A stretch of 64,000 bases of DNA from an uncultured delta proteobacterium (GTDB taxonomy: Bacteria; Myxococcota_A; Polyangia; Polyangiales; B10-G4): contig CAVSGI010000010.1 of the NCBI GenBank assembly GCA_963727445.1, positions 1,408,001 to 1,472,000 of the forward strand, written 5' to 3'. A program made the position numbers and the translations under genes. Below the pieces are notes generated by a model, which was not told the origin of the DNA, did no database searches, and was given only the letters and a program-made list of their open reading frames with translations. This document shows, piece after piece, positions 40,441 through 50,887 of the stretch; the stretch's first letter is position 1, and the number at the start of each line of letters is the position of its first letter.

Positions 40441-42021
40441 ATGGTCCGAATCGACATGACTCGCCGGGTCTTCGTTCTCGTGTGTCTCCTGGTCGCGGTC
40501 GTACCTTCGCGCGTCCGTGCGCGCGACCTCACCGCCGATCCATCGACCTTCTCCGGAATGCTCGATGCGCTGGTCGCCGGCGACACGCTACATCTCTCCT
40601 CCGGGCACTATGCGCACTTCGCGCTGTCGGGGATCGCGGGGACCGCGGAGATGCCGATCGTCATCACGGGGCCGGACGACGCGAGCGCCACGATCGACGC
40701 TGACGATGGACCGTGCTGCAACACGATCGAGATCCGGAGCGGCGTGAGCTACGTCGTGCTCCGCAACCTCACGGTGGATGGCCGAAACGTGGACGGAGCA
40801 TTCGGATTGAATGCGAGCGGCGACGACATCCACCACATCACGCTCGAAGGCAACGTCTTCATCAACCACGACACGGGCCAGCAGAACGACGCTATCTCCA
40901 CCAAGACCCCGACCTCTGGTTGGGTGATCCGCGGCAACCAGATCCTCGGCGCGGGGACGGGGATGTACCTCGGAAACTCGGATGGCACCGACCCGTTCGT
41001 AGGTGGGCTCATCGAGAACAACCTGTTCTACGACACGATCGGCTACAACACGGAGATCAAGTGGCAACAGCCACACGGTGACGTGCCGGGTGCGGCGGAC
41101 GCCCCGCTCACCACGATCATCCGGCACAACGTGTTCATCAAGACGGATCGTCCATCACCGGACGGCGATCGGCCGAATCTGCTCGTCGGCGGATTTCCCG
41201 AGAGCGGGACCGGGTCCGATCGATACTACGAGATCTACGGAAATCTCTTCGTGCACAACCCGCGCGAGGCGCTGTTTCAGGGATCCGGACGCGTGAGCGT
41301 TCACGACAACGTGTTCGTGGACGTCGCTGGAACGGCGATCGTCGTGCAGGACCACGACCTTCCGCTCCGGCGCGCGTGGATCTACGACAACACGATCTAC
41401 GCAGCGGGGACTGGCATCCACGTCGGAGGGTCGGCGGCCGAGGGTACGTCGGTCGTCGGCAACGTCATCTTCGCGGGAAGTCCGATGAGTGGATCACCGG
41501 ACGTGATGGCGGACAACGTCGTCGACACGGTGGGAAACGCAGGCATGTACGTCGCGTCGCCCTCCACGACGCTCGGGGAGATGGATTTCTATCCGCTCGC
41601 CGGGGCACTCACGGGGAGCGCGCTCGACCTCGCTGCGTTCGCAGGCGATACCGACTACGACCTCGACTTCAACTGCTCGCCGAAAGCTGACTTCACGTTC
41701 CGCGGGGCCTATGCCGGCGAGGGCACGAACCCGGGGTGGCAGCTCGCGATGGAGCAGAAGCCCGGAGGCGTGGCCTGTTCGGGGACGACCCCGCCGCCGG
41801 CCGATGGCGGAACGATGAGCGGGATGGACGGGGGCGGCCCCGCCGACGGCAGCGCGACTCCCGACGCCGACACCGACGCCGGCCCGGGCGGCACGATGGA
41901 CGACGCCGGCGGCTGCGGGTGCCGGATCGCTGGCCACGTGCCCGCCGCACCGCCGTGGGTGCTCTCACTGCTCGTGGCCGTCGCGATGTTCTTCCGGGCG
42001 GCCGCCCTCAGAGGCAGGTGA
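40441..42021 (+). CDS. Right-handed parallel beta-helix protein with MYXO-CTERM tail
   Basis: LVAGDTLHLSSGHY, GTAEMPIVITG, repeated IxxNxF strands; C-terminal GGCGCRI...TM. Confidence 0.85.
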   Translation: MVRIDMTRRVFVLVCLLVAVVPSRVRARDLTADPSTFSGMLDALVAGDTLHLSSGHYAHFALSGIAGTAEMPIVITGPDDASATIDADDGPCCNTIEIRSGVSYVVLRNLTVDGRNVDGAFGLNASGDDIHHITLEGNVFINHDTGQQNDAISTKTPTSGWVIRGNQILGAGTGMYLGNSDGTDPFVGGLIENNLFYDTIGYNTEIKWQQPHGDVPGAADAPLTTIIRHNVFIKTDRPSPDGDRPNLLVGGFPESGTGSDRYYEIYGNLFVHNPREALFQGSGRVSVHDNVFVDVAGTAIVVQDHDLPLRRAWIYDNTIYAAGTGIHVGGSAAEGTSVVGNVIFAGSPMSGSPDVMADNVVDTVGNAGMYVASPSTTLGEMDFYPLAGALTGSALDLAAFAGDTDYDLDFNCSPKADFTFRGAYAGEGTNPGWQLAMEQKPGGVACSGTTPPPADGGTMSGMDGGGPADGSATPDADTDAGPGGTMDDAGGCGCRIAGHVPAAPPWVLSLLVAVAMFFRAAALRGR

Positions 42022-43351
42022 AGCCGAGGTAGAACTGGTCGTTGCCGTCGACGCTACCGTCGAGGTTGAGGCCGAAGAGATTCGTCGACTCGCCGCCGAG
42101 GACGTAGGCGCCGCAGACGTTGTCGGCGCCGGCGCCGTCGGTGCAGCTGATCCCGTTGGCGCGGCCCCACTTGGCGGGCGGAGAGGTGCAGCCGTCACAC
42201 ATGTCGCGCCAACCGAAGTAGAGATGACAGCTGCTCCTGAGGTACGTGTCGACCTGGGCACGAACCGGGACACACTGCACGCGCCCTCTGGCATCGACGC
42301 CCGCCGCGAGCTCGCCCTCCGCGCACGAGGTCGCAGTGGTCGGTGCCGCGGAGACGTCCGGACACGAAAGAGACGCGTAGAGCATGTCGTTGCCGTCGAC
42401 GTTTCCATCCGTATTGAGACCGAACATGCGAACGCTCGTCGTGCCTAGAGTGTGCACGGTGCAGTCGCAGTCCATCCCAGTGAAGATGCGGCAGCTCGCG
42501 TCGTCCGAACGCCCCGACTTCGACGGGTCGGTGGTGCATCCGTCGCATCGGTCGCGCCAGCCGAGGTAGGTGGTGCACTCGTTGTTGGCGTAGTCGAGGA
42601 TGGCGGCGTCTGGCGTCGTGCAATCCAGGGTCCCGTCCGCTTCGATGCCCACGACGAACTGGCCGGCCGGACACGCGCCCATCGCCGTCGACGTCCCCGG
42701 CGTCACGTCGTCGCAGTGAAAGCCGATGTTGAACTTGTCGTCGTCGTTGACGCTCCCCTCGGTGTTGAGGCCGTACATGCGCAGCCTGACTCCGCCCAGC
42801 GTGTAGGTCGCGCAGGTGCCGGCGGTGCCGATGGTGGCGCAGCCGGCCGGGCCCGCGTGGCCGTACCTCGTCGGAGTCGTCGTGCACGCGTCGCAGGAGT
42901 CGCTCCAGCCGAAGTACACGGCGCAGTGATCGTTGACCGCGGTCATCGCCTCCGCGTCGAGGCCGGCGCAGACGATGGTGCCGCTCGCGTCGAAGCCGGT
43001 GGCGACCTGACCGGTGGGGCAGGACTGCGCGCCGAAGCTGCAGCGATCGCTGACGCAAGTGGCGCCCGAAGGACAGCCGCTCGGACAGCCACCCGCGTCT
43101 GCGTCGGGCCGGGCGTCCGCCACCGCATCAGGGCGACCAGAATCGATCGTGGCGTCCGGTCGGCCCGAGTCCACGGGCGGAGCGCTGTCTCGGCGCCCTG
43201 TGTCCACGGACGCGCCATCCGTGGCCGCCGAATCCATCGAAGCGCCCGAGTCTCCCGCATCCGACGCGCCGCCTGGTTCGGCGCATCCCGCCGCGAGGAG
43301 CGCGACGAGCGCAGAAGCGGCGATTGGCGCCGTCCGCCCTGGCGTGGTCAT
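42008..43351 (-). CDS. Lipoprotein with three copies of an uncharacterised Cys-rich domain
   Basis: Lipobox AAGC; three copies of CxxYxGWxDxCDxCTxxP...LG...GLNxxGxVxxxD. Confidence 0.85.
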   Translation of the reverse strand: MTTPGRTAPIAASALVALLAAGCAEPGGASDAGDSGASMDSAATDGASVDTGRRDSAPPVDSGRPDATIDSGRPDAVADARPDADAGGCPSGCPSGATCVSDRCSFGAQSCPTGQVATGFDASGTIVCAGLDAEAMTAVNDHCAVYFGWSDSCDACTTTPTRYGHAGPAGCATIGTAGTCATYTLGGVRLRMYGLNTEGSVNDDDKFNIGFHCDDVTPGTSTAMGACPAGQFVVGIEADGTLDCTTPDAAILDYANNECTTYLGWRDRCDGCTTDPSKSGRSDDASCRIFTGMDCDCTVHTLGTTSVRMFGLNTDGNVDGNDMLYASLSCPDVSAAPTTATSCAEGELAAGVDARGRVQCVPVRAQVDTYLRSSCHLYFGWRDMCDGCTSPPAKWGRANGISCTDGAGADNVCGAYVLGGESTNLFGLNLDGSVDGNDQFYLGFTCL

Positions 43352-43385
43352 GACGAGGGAAGTCTACGACAGAACGCCGCGGCGA

Positions 43386-44288
43386 TCAGAAGTCTGCGCC
43401 GCCGCTGATCGAGAGCGACCAGACCTTGCCCGTGTCGAACGCGAAGCCGAAGGGGTCGTCGAGGTTCATGTAGAGGCGCGCTTCGAGGAAACCGCCGTCG
43501 AGGTTCAAGCGGGCGAAGGGCACCAGGGCAAGGTAGCCCTCGTCTCCACTGCCGAGCCCACGACCGCCGGTGTTCGACAGGAGAACGGCCTGAAAGCGCA
43601 GGCCGACGGCGAGGAGCGGGATCGGTATGAACGCGCCGTAGCCGCCGAGCTGAAGCGAGATGTAGGGGTCACTGCTCGGACCCATCTTCGGCACCGAGGC
43701 GAGCACGGCGAACGCCGCGTCCGCGCCGACGGTGAACACGCTGGTGCGAAACTGCACGTCGACCGGAACGACGAAGGCAAAGGTCTGAGGAAGGAGCAGC
43801 CACGACTCCCAGACGCCGTGAAGGGCGGCTCCGTAGCCGTATGCACCAAAATCAGTCGAGCCGTCGTCGTAGAGATTGGTGACGGGGAGCGTGACGCCGA
43901 CGCCTGCACGCGCGGTGAACGCGTTGCTGTCGATGCCCGCGCGCGCACCCACGTAGGGATTGCCCATCCGAAAACTACCCTCGTTGTTACCCGCGAGGCC
44001 AACGCCTCGCCACTTCACGTCGAGGTCGAGGACGAAGGCGCCGGCCCCCGACTCCGCGTCGAGGCCGTGTCGCCCGTCCACGAGCCGAAAGCGCCCGTAG
44101 AAGGCGGGGGACAGAACGGCGAAGCCCATCATGCCCGCGCCTTCGTGGAAGAAGTCGAGCTCGCCCGAGATGCGATGGCCACCGGGTCGCGTCGCCGCCT
44201 CGCCGGTCGAGGGCTGAGCGAAAGCAGTGGAGGATGCGCCGGCCGTGAGGAGGAGCGCCAAAACGAAAGCAAACGGTCGGAAAGGCAT
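43386..44288 (-). CDS. Secreted protein, probable outer-membrane beta-barrel
   Basis: Signal peptide ending AFA|Q; alternating amphipathic beta strands; C-terminal Phe (ISGGADF). Confidence 0.65.
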   Translation of the reverse strand: MPFRPFAFVLALLLTAGASSTAFAQPSTGEAATRPGGHRISGELDFFHEGAGMMGFAVLSPAFYGRFRLVDGRHGLDAESGAGAFVLDLDVKWRGVGLAGNNEGSFRMGNPYVGARAGIDSNAFTARAGVGVTLPVTNLYDDGSTDFGAYGYGAALHGVWESWLLLPQTFAFVVPVDVQFRTSVFTVGADAAFAVLASVPKMGPSSDPYISLQLGGYGAFIPIPLLAVGLRFQAVLLSNTGGRGLGSGDEGYLALVPFARLNLDGGFLEARLYMNLDDPFGFAFDTGKVWSLSISGGADF

Positions 44289-44410
44289 GCGCCGATTATC
44301 CTCTTCGGCGCGACGTCCCGACAACAAAGAGAAGGAGCGCTCGGATGGCTGCATCCCCGATAGGGGGTGATCGCTGCCCAGATCGCCGAGGCCTGCTAGG
44401 GTCCCCCTCC

Positions 44411-47400
44411 ATGCTCAGTCGCCGGTTCTCCCCCTCCGCCGTCGTCCTCGCTCTCCTCCTCGTCGCCTGCGGCGCGAAGTCCAGCCGCCCCGACTACCCC
44501 ACGGCGGAGAGCTTTCCGCCGAGCGCACATTTCGAGCCGCACCGCGCCGAGCACGGCCCCGAGATCGACGCGCTCGCCGCGCGCTTCTACGGCGAAGGGG
44601 AGTTCGATCGCGAAGCCCTCGAGCGCGATCTCGCGTCTCTCCTCGAGCGCTATCCCGGCAATGCCACGCTCCACGAGATGGCGGCGGAGCTCGCGCTCTT
44701 GCGCGGCGACGTCGACGAACGCTGGAGCCATCTGATGATGGCGACCGCCGATGTGACCTCTCCTTTCGCCGGCCTGTACCTGCATCAAGCGATGGACCAG
44801 TTTCCGACCGTCTCTCAGCAGATGGCCACGATCGAGCTCCTCGACGAGCTGCGCACGGCGCACCCCGATCCGGCGGCGCGCGAGGTGATCGTCGACAACC
44901 TGATCTGGCTCCTGAAGAAGCAGGGAGAGCTCGAGCGCGCGCGCGCGCTGACCGCGGAGCTCGGACGCATCGACCGGTTCCTGATCGTGGGCGCCTTCGA
45001 CAACGATCAGGGCAAGGGCTTCCTCGAGCGCTACACGCCGGAGGAGGGGATCGACGTGGACGCGCCGATGCAGGGCGTGTTGCGACAGGTCGAATGGCGT
45101 GAAGCCGCGATGGTGGACGATCGCGCGCGCATCGCGCTCGGCGACATGATCACGCCGGCGCGCTTCTCGGTCGCCTATCTCGTCACCTGGGTGCGCTCAC
45201 CCGAGGCGCGCGACGCTCAGCTCCGCCTGTCGACCCAGTGCCCGACGCGCGCGTGGATCAATGGCGCGATGGTGGCCTCGGAGGAGAACCTCGAGGGAGG
45301 CGACGTCGACGACATCGTGGTGCCGGTGCACCTCGAGGCCGGATGGAACGCCCTCCTCATCAAGTCGGCGCAGCGCCGCACGAGCGGCTGGCGCATCGGC
45401 GTCCGCCTGACCGACCATCGCGGCGCGAGCCTCGACGACCTCGAGATCAGCACCACGCCGCATGGCCACACCGGCGAAGCGGCGGAGGGTCCGGCCGAGG
45501 TCGGCGACGACCACTCGCTTCCCTCGGCGCTCTCGGAGGTCCAGCCACTCGTCCGGCGGAAGGTGCTCGAGAGCTATTATCGCGACCGGAGCGGGCGCGA
45601 AGAGCCGGCGCTCGAGGCGGCGCAGGCCGCGCGCGAGGCCGCGCCTCAAAACCCGGTCACCCTCTATCGCGCCGCGATGGCGCACTGGGATCACGGCGAG
45701 ATGGGTCGCGCGGCCGACATCCTCAACGAGGGCGTCGACATCGCCGGCCAGTGGGCCCACGCCTTCCAATGGAAGCGCGGCCGCTTCTACTCGCAGCGCG
45801 ACCGCTACGACCGGGCGACCGAGGATCTGATGGCGGCCATCGAAGGTGAGCCGAATGCGCGACTCGCACGCAGCATGCTCGCGCAGGTTCTGGACCAGCG
45901 TGGATTCTCCGAAGACCGCTGCCGCGTCCTCGAAGAGCTCCTCGAGCGGTGGCCCGACAGCGCGCGCGCCCACCGCTTGCTCGGCGCGTGCATGAACGAC
46001 CGCGGCTACATCGACCAGGCCGAGGAGAGCTTCCGGCGCGCGCACGCGCTCGAACCGGGCGACATCTACACCCTCGGCTGGCTCGCGCACTTCGATCGCC
46101 TCCGCGGTCGTTGGGACCAGGCGATCCAGATGCGCGACCGCGCCCGGGAGATCGCGCCCGAAGAAGGCGTCTTGGTGGTGGACGCAGCCGACACGCGGCG
46201 CGAGGCGGGTCGCCGCGGTGAGGCCAAGCAGCTCTACGCGTCGGTGCTCGAAAACGATCCCGACTGGGCGCGTCCGTGGGAGCGGATCGCGATGATGGCC
46301 TTCGAGGACGGCAACACCGAGAGCGCGGTCGACGCCTGGAAGGAAGCCCTCGAGCGCAACCCCGACGACTCTCTCCTCGCCGAGCGCATCGACTTCTACC
46401 AGGCCGGCGAGGGGGACGGCTTCCGTGACCTGATGCCGTCGGAAGAGGAGATCGAGTCCGCCATCGCCGAGGTCGATCAGATGACGCCGCACCCCGGGGC
46501 GCACACGATCTGGGCCTTCGACGACGAGGTCACGGTGGTGCGCCAGGACGGGAGCGCGCAGCGGATGATCACCCAGGTGATGAAGGCGCTCACGACGGAC
46601 GGCCGCGACGCGCTGATCCGTCAGGAGGTGCCGCCCAACGCCCGGATCCTCTCCGCCTACGTGCGCGCGCCCGACGGCGCGCGTCAGGAGGCCTCGTCCA
46701 TCCGCGGCGGCACCGTGCGCTTCCGCCGCCTCGAGGTTGGGTCGACCGTGGTGCTCTCCTACGTCTACGAGTCGTCGCCGCAGCGCTTTCTCCCGAACCA
46801 GTTCGTCTCGGACTGGTGGTTCAGTGGATTTCACCGTCAGGTGCGCCGGGCGCGCTGGGTCCTGCTCCTGCCGCCCCACCGGAGCCTTTCGACGCACATC
46901 CTCGGCGACATCGCACACGACGCCAGCGAATACGAGGGGATGACCAAGCACGTCTTCGTCGCGGAGAACGTCGACCCCTTCGTTCCCGAGCAGGGGATGC
47001 TCCCTCCGAACGACCTGCTCTGGCACGTCTCGGTGTCGACCCTCGGGAGCTGGGACGAGTACGTCGGCTGGGAGCGGGCGCTCCTGAGCGAGGTCTTCCG
47101 CGGTGACGCTCAGCTCGCTGCTCTCGCAGCACGGCTGACCGAAGGCATGACGGACACGCGCGAGAAGTTCGATGCCCTCTACCGCTTCGTCGCGCAGGAG
47201 ATCCGCTACCAGCAGGACTACGAGAATTCGATCGCCGGCGTGCGGCCGCACTCCTGCCCCATCGTCCTCGAGCGCGGCTACGGTGACTGCAAGGACAAGG
47301 CGGTGCTCCTGATTCGCCTCGCACAGGAAGCGGGCATCGAGGTGAACTTCGCGATCCTCCGCACCCGGCCGCGCGGTCGCGTCGAGCGTGAGGTCCCGAA

Positions 47401-48220
47401 CCAGCAGTTCAACCACGCCATCGTCTACGTCCCGGCACAGGAAGGGATCGCCGAGGGCTTCTTCATGGACCCCACCACCGACGGCCTGGACATGGGCAAC
47501 CTGCGCCAGGACGACCAGGGAGCGACCAGCCTGGTCCTCGATCCCCGAACCGACGCCTGGGAGTTCCGGGAGATCCCCTATCAGTCACCCGAGATGCGCT
47601 ACACCAACCACGAGATCGAGGTGAACGTCACAGGGCGCGACGCCGCGACCGCAGAGGTGACGATCCGTGCCCGCGGCGATCACGCCGCGGCGCTTCGGCG
47701 CGCGATGCGCAACGAAGAAGAGGCGACCATCGTCTACCAGAACATCGGCAACGGCCTCTTCGACGGCTCTCGCGTCACCGAGAGCGGCGCCGAGAACGCG
47801 GCGGACATCGTCTCACCCCTCGAGATCCACCTGAACCTCGACGTCTCCGACAGCATCAGCCCCGAGGGCGAGGCCCAGCGGATGCAGGTGCCGCAGGTCA
47901 CGCCGCTCCGCGGCATGACGCGCCTCGAACGCCGCCGCACGCCGATGTACCTCGGCCCGCCCTTCTCGCGCAGCCTCGACATCACCTACCACCTTCCGGC
48001 AGGAGCGCGCATCGTCCGCGTCCCCGACGACGTCGAGGTCGAGCACGAGTGCTTCGAGGTCACTCAGCACACGCGGCGTCGAGGCCGCAACGTCAACGTC
48101 GTGACGCGCTACGTGCAGCGCTGCCCCGAGGTCTCCATCGAGCAGTATCCCGAGTACCGGCAGCGTGCCCAGCGCGCCGCCGCCGCCCTCGAGTCCGCGG
48201 TGGTCTTCACCGTCCCGTGA
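44411..48220 (+). CDS. Lipoprotein with TPR repeats, DUF3857 and transglutaminase-like domain
   Basis: Lipobox LVAC; TPRs; VLERGYGDCKDKAVLL, QFNHAIVY and FMDPT (C-H-D triad). Confidence 0.92.
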   Translation: MLSRRFSPSAVVLALLLVACGAKSSRPDYPTAESFPPSAHFEPHRAEHGPEIDALAARFYGEGEFDREALERDLASLLERYPGNATLHEMAAELALLRGDVDERWSHLMMATADVTSPFAGLYLHQAMDQFPTVSQQMATIELLDELRTAHPDPAAREVIVDNLIWLLKKQGELERARALTAELGRIDRFLIVGAFDNDQGKGFLERYTPEEGIDVDAPMQGVLRQVEWREAAMVDDRARIALGDMITPARFSVAYLVTWVRSPEARDAQLRLSTQCPTRAWINGAMVASEENLEGGDVDDIVVPVHLEAGWNALLIKSAQRRTSGWRIGVRLTDHRGASLDDLEISTTPHGHTGEAAEGPAEVGDDHSLPSALSEVQPLVRRKVLESYYRDRSGREEPALEAAQAAREAAPQNPVTLYRAAMAHWDHGEMGRAADILNEGVDIAGQWAHAFQWKRGRFYSQRDRYDRATEDLMAAIEGEPNARLARSMLAQVLDQRGFSEDRCRVLEELLERWPDSARAHRLLGACMNDRGYIDQAEESFRRAHALEPGDIYTLGWLAHFDRLRGRWDQAIQMRDRAREIAPEEGVLVVDAADTRREAGRRGEAKQLYASVLENDPDWARPWERIAMMAFEDGNTESAVDAWKEALERNPDDSLLAERIDFYQAGEGDGFRDLMPSEEEIESAIAEVDQMTPHPGAHTIWAFDDEVTVVRQDGSAQRMITQVMKALTTDGRDALIRQEVPPNARILSAYVRAPDGARQEASSIRGGTVRFRRLEVGSTVVLSYVYESSPQRFLPNQFVSDWWFSGFHRQVRRARWVLLLPPHRSLSTHILGDIAHDASEYEGMTKHVFVAENVDPFVPEQGMLPPNDLLWHVSVSTLGSWDEYVGWERALLSEVFRGDAQLAALAARLTEGMTDTREKFDALYRFVAQEIRYQQDYENSIAGVRPHSCPIVLERGYGDCKDKAVLLIRLAQEAGIEVNFAILRTRPRGRVEREVPNQQFNHAIVYVPAQEGIAEGFFMDPTTDGLDMGNLRQDDQGATSLVLDPRTDAWEFREIPYQSPEMRYTNHEIEVNVTGRDAATAEVTIRARGDHAAALRRAMRNEEEATIVYQNIGNGLFDGSRVTESGAENAADIVSPLEIHLNLDVSDSISPEGEAQRMQVPQVTPLRGMTRLERRRTPMYLGPPFSRSLDITYHLPAGARIVRVPDDVEVEHECFEVTQHTRRRGRNVNVVTRYVQRCPEVSIEQYPEYRQRAQRAAAALESAVVFTVP

Positions 48221-48227
48221 GCGACGC

Positions 48228-50300
48228 TCAGTTCTCGATGGCGATGCGGTACTGGTTGGTCGCGCCGCGATAGCCGTAGACCTGAACGTAGAAGGTGCCG
48301 GTGCCCGTGACGCTCTCCTGGTCGGAGGTGCCTGCGGAGCTGTCGATGACGGCGCCTGCCTCGTCGTAGGCCTTGACGTCGATGTCGCCCTCGTCGTGCT
48401 CGAAGCTGACGACGACCGTGGCGTCGCCCTCGATTCGGTACCAGTCGCTGGCGTCTCCGTCGCAGAGGACGGCGTCCGTCGCGCCGTCCAACGTCGTCGC
48501 GGTCTCCATGGAGTCGTCGCCACCGTCCGGATCGCAGGCCGGCGGCTCGGGAGGAGGCGCGACGTCGTTGAGGTCGCAGTAGCCCGCGATGTCGCGCCCC
48601 GTGGCGATGGTGTCCTCGGGGACGTCACGCTGATCGCAGCTCTCGTTTTCTTCCCAGGGCCGCCACTCGCCGCCCCTGCCGATGGACTCGGCGTAATCCG
48701 CCCAGCGACCGTAGCCATCCGTCTCGGCGCGGAACACCGTCGGCGCCGCGCACATCCCGGCGGCCTCGGCGTCCGCCATCTCCTGGTCGGCGTAGCTCAT
48801 GATGATGGCGTACATGGCCGCGGTGCTGCGGTTCCAGCAGCACGTGCGCGACGTCTCGTATTCGAGCTCGCCAAAGACGTAGTCCTCGAGGGTGCGGTAC
48901 TCGGCGTCGACCTGCGCGCGGGTGTAGCCGAGCTCGGTGGTCATCACGTCGTAGAGATCGGCGAAGGCGTTCTCGCGGTTGATGCGCGCGGAGCAGCTCG
49001 CGGGGTAGCCGCGGAGGTGCTCGCGCGCGACCTCGACCTGCGCGAGGGCGGTGTCGCGCCGCTCCTCGGGCGTCAGGGTCCGGAGGATCTGGTCGAAGCG
49101 CGCCGGGCGGGCGGCGAGAGCCTCGGTGTCGGAGTCCGAGATGTAGAAGTCGCGATCCGCGGGGCGCACGTCGTTGACCCAGCGGCCGCCGCGGTAGACG
49201 GCGGTTCGCCAGCGACGCAGCCCGCCGCCGAGGCTGACGTAGGTGTCACCGTCCGAGTTCTCGCCGGGACCTCCCCCGTGGTTGGACAGGAAGCTGCTCC
49301 GGGCCGCGTTCGGATCCTGCCAGCGCGGCTCGGCGCGCGGCATGTTGCCGTAGGCGAAGCTCACCTGCAGCGCGTCCGGCGCGAGGCGGTCGACGCGGAA
49401 GATGGGCATGGTGTGGCCGACGCCCTTGCGCTGCCAGCGGTGCATCAGGAGATCGCCCGGCTCGATGGCCTCGGGCTGGATGTGGAAGACGTTGGCGGAG
49501 TCCGCGAGGCTCCCGCTGTAGAAGTAGAGGAGCAGCAGGCGCATGAAGTAGCCCACGCGCTTGTTGAGGAAGAGCTCGTCGAAGTAGGCGCCAGCGCCGA
49601 GCGTCACCTGATCGGTGGAGAGGAACTCGATGCGGTCGTCGTCGCCGAGGCGACGCTTGCGCAGCACGCTGTCCGACGGCCACTCGTCGCCCTCGGACCA
49701 CGAGCCCTCGTAGTCGCGATAGCTCGTGCGGAAGCTCGGGAAGTTCGCCACCCGATTGCCGCGGGCGTCGACGAAGCCGAAGTGACCGGCGTAGATCGGC
49801 TGACGCGTCGCCGAGCTCCACCCGGAGAGATAGAAAGGAAGGTGGTACCAGCTCGCGAAGGTCGCGCGCAGAAGCATCCCCACCTCGGCGCACTCCAGGG
49901 TCGGGGCGTGGAAGGCGCGGTCGCCGAAGGGCGTCGACATGATGAAGGTGTCGCCGAAGCCGTGGGCGCGCGGCTCGAGGGCGAAGCCGGCGATCCAGGC
50001 GTCGTACTTCTGCTCCCAGTCGAGCCCCGAGTTCGCCGCCCAGGCGATCCCTGCCTCGCCTTCGACGTCGTCCCAGTCACGGGTGACGGCCCAGACCTCG
50101 GTGGCGGTCCCGGGCGCGACCCGCGGACCGCGGGCGCTCGGACCGTCCATCTTCGAGTCGGCTTCGGGGATGTTGTCGAAGGGACCATCGAAGCCGGTCT
50201 CGGCGATCGCTTCGTCGAGAGGGGTCGCTTCGGAGGCGCAGGCCGAGAGGAAGCTCGGGATCGCGATGGCGAGGAGGATGGAAATGCGTAGGGATTTCAT
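48228..50300 (-). CDS. Lipoprotein with putative papain/NlpC-like core and C-terminal PPC domain
   Basis: Lipobox LSAC; DSKMD motif; LECAE...PGDLL...GHT; C-terminal DWYRI..GDIDV..YVQVYGY (PPC-like). Confidence 0.7.
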   Translation of the reverse strand: MKSLRISILLAIAIPSFLSACASEATPLDEAIAETGFDGPFDNIPEADSKMDGPSARGPRVAPGTATEVWAVTRDWDDVEGEAGIAWAANSGLDWEQKYDAWIAGFALEPRAHGFGDTFIMSTPFGDRAFHAPTLECAEVGMLLRATFASWYHLPFYLSGWSSATRQPIYAGHFGFVDARGNRVANFPSFRTSYRDYEGSWSEGDEWPSDSVLRKRRLGDDDRIEFLSTDQVTLGAGAYFDELFLNKRVGYFMRLLLLYFYSGSLADSANVFHIQPEAIEPGDLLMHRWQRKGVGHTMPIFRVDRLAPDALQVSFAYGNMPRAEPRWQDPNAARSSFLSNHGGGPGENSDGDTYVSLGGGLRRWRTAVYRGGRWVNDVRPADRDFYISDSDTEALAARPARFDQILRTLTPEERRDTALAQVEVAREHLRGYPASCSARINRENAFADLYDVMTTELGYTRAQVDAEYRTLEDYVFGELEYETSRTCCWNRSTAAMYAIIMSYADQEMADAEAAGMCAAPTVFRAETDGYGRWADYAESIGRGGEWRPWEENESCDQRDVPEDTIATGRDIAGYCDLNDVAPPPEPPACDPDGGDDSMETATTLDGATDAVLCDGDASDWYRIEGDATVVVSFEHDEGDIDVKAYDEAGAVIDSSAGTSDQESVTGTGTFYVQVYGYRGATNQYRIAIEN

Positions 50301-50321
50301 GGGGAGCTCCTCCAGCCCCTG

Positions 50322-50374
50322 AGCCATGATCGTGCCAGCCCCGCGGCAACGAAATTGCGCGCATTTTCGCGCAA
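50322..50374 (-). promoter_or_regulatory. Sigma-54-like element TGGCAC-GATCA-TGGC plus upstream inverted repeat TTGCGCG-N6-CGCGCAA
   Basis: GG-N10-GC spacing at 50337-50322, just upstream of the AGGAG RBS of the 50300 gene; palindrome at 50355-50374. Confidence 0.45.
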
Positions 50375-50442
50375 GTCGATGGCGAGTCTCGGAGCCGGTG
50401 GCGTCTCGAGCCCCGAGAGGAGACTCACACCCCGTCTGACAG

Positions 50443-50814
50443 TCAGTCCTCGGGGAACTCGGCGGCGATCATCTCGTCGAACCAGCCCTCGGGACGAAAG
50501 CCCGCCATGCGGCCGACTTCGTGTCCTGCCTCGAACATGATCAGCGTGGGCGTAGCGCGGACGCCGAGCTGCGACAGGAGCGCGGGCTCGGCCGCGGTGT
50601 TGATCTCGACGACGCGCACGCGGCCTTCGTACTTCGTGGCGACGTTGACGAGCACCGGTACGAGCTGCTTGCAAGGCGCGCAGGTGTCGGACCAGACATC
50701 GACGATCACCGGAATCTCGCTCTTCACGACGTGCGCCTGGAAGTCGGCAACGCTTCGAACCGAGGTGGGCGTGACCTTGGGCCGACCGCCAAAGAGACTT
50801 CCGAGGATACCCAT
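50443..50814 (-). CDS. Thioredoxin family protein
   Basis: PVIVDVWSDTCAPCK and LGVRATPTL. Confidence 0.92.
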   Translation of the reverse strand: MGILGSLFGGRPKVTPTSVRSVADFQAHVVKSEIPVIVDVWSDTCAPCKQLVPVLVNVATKYEGRVRVVEINTAAEPALLSQLGVRATPTLIMFEAGHEVGRMAGFRPEGWFDEMIAAEFPED

Positions 50815-50887
50815 ATGGCAAGGAATCTGGCGCTCGCGGCGCCGGACGGCAAGGGCTATGTCGGCAACCTGCTAGGGTCCCGGGTCC

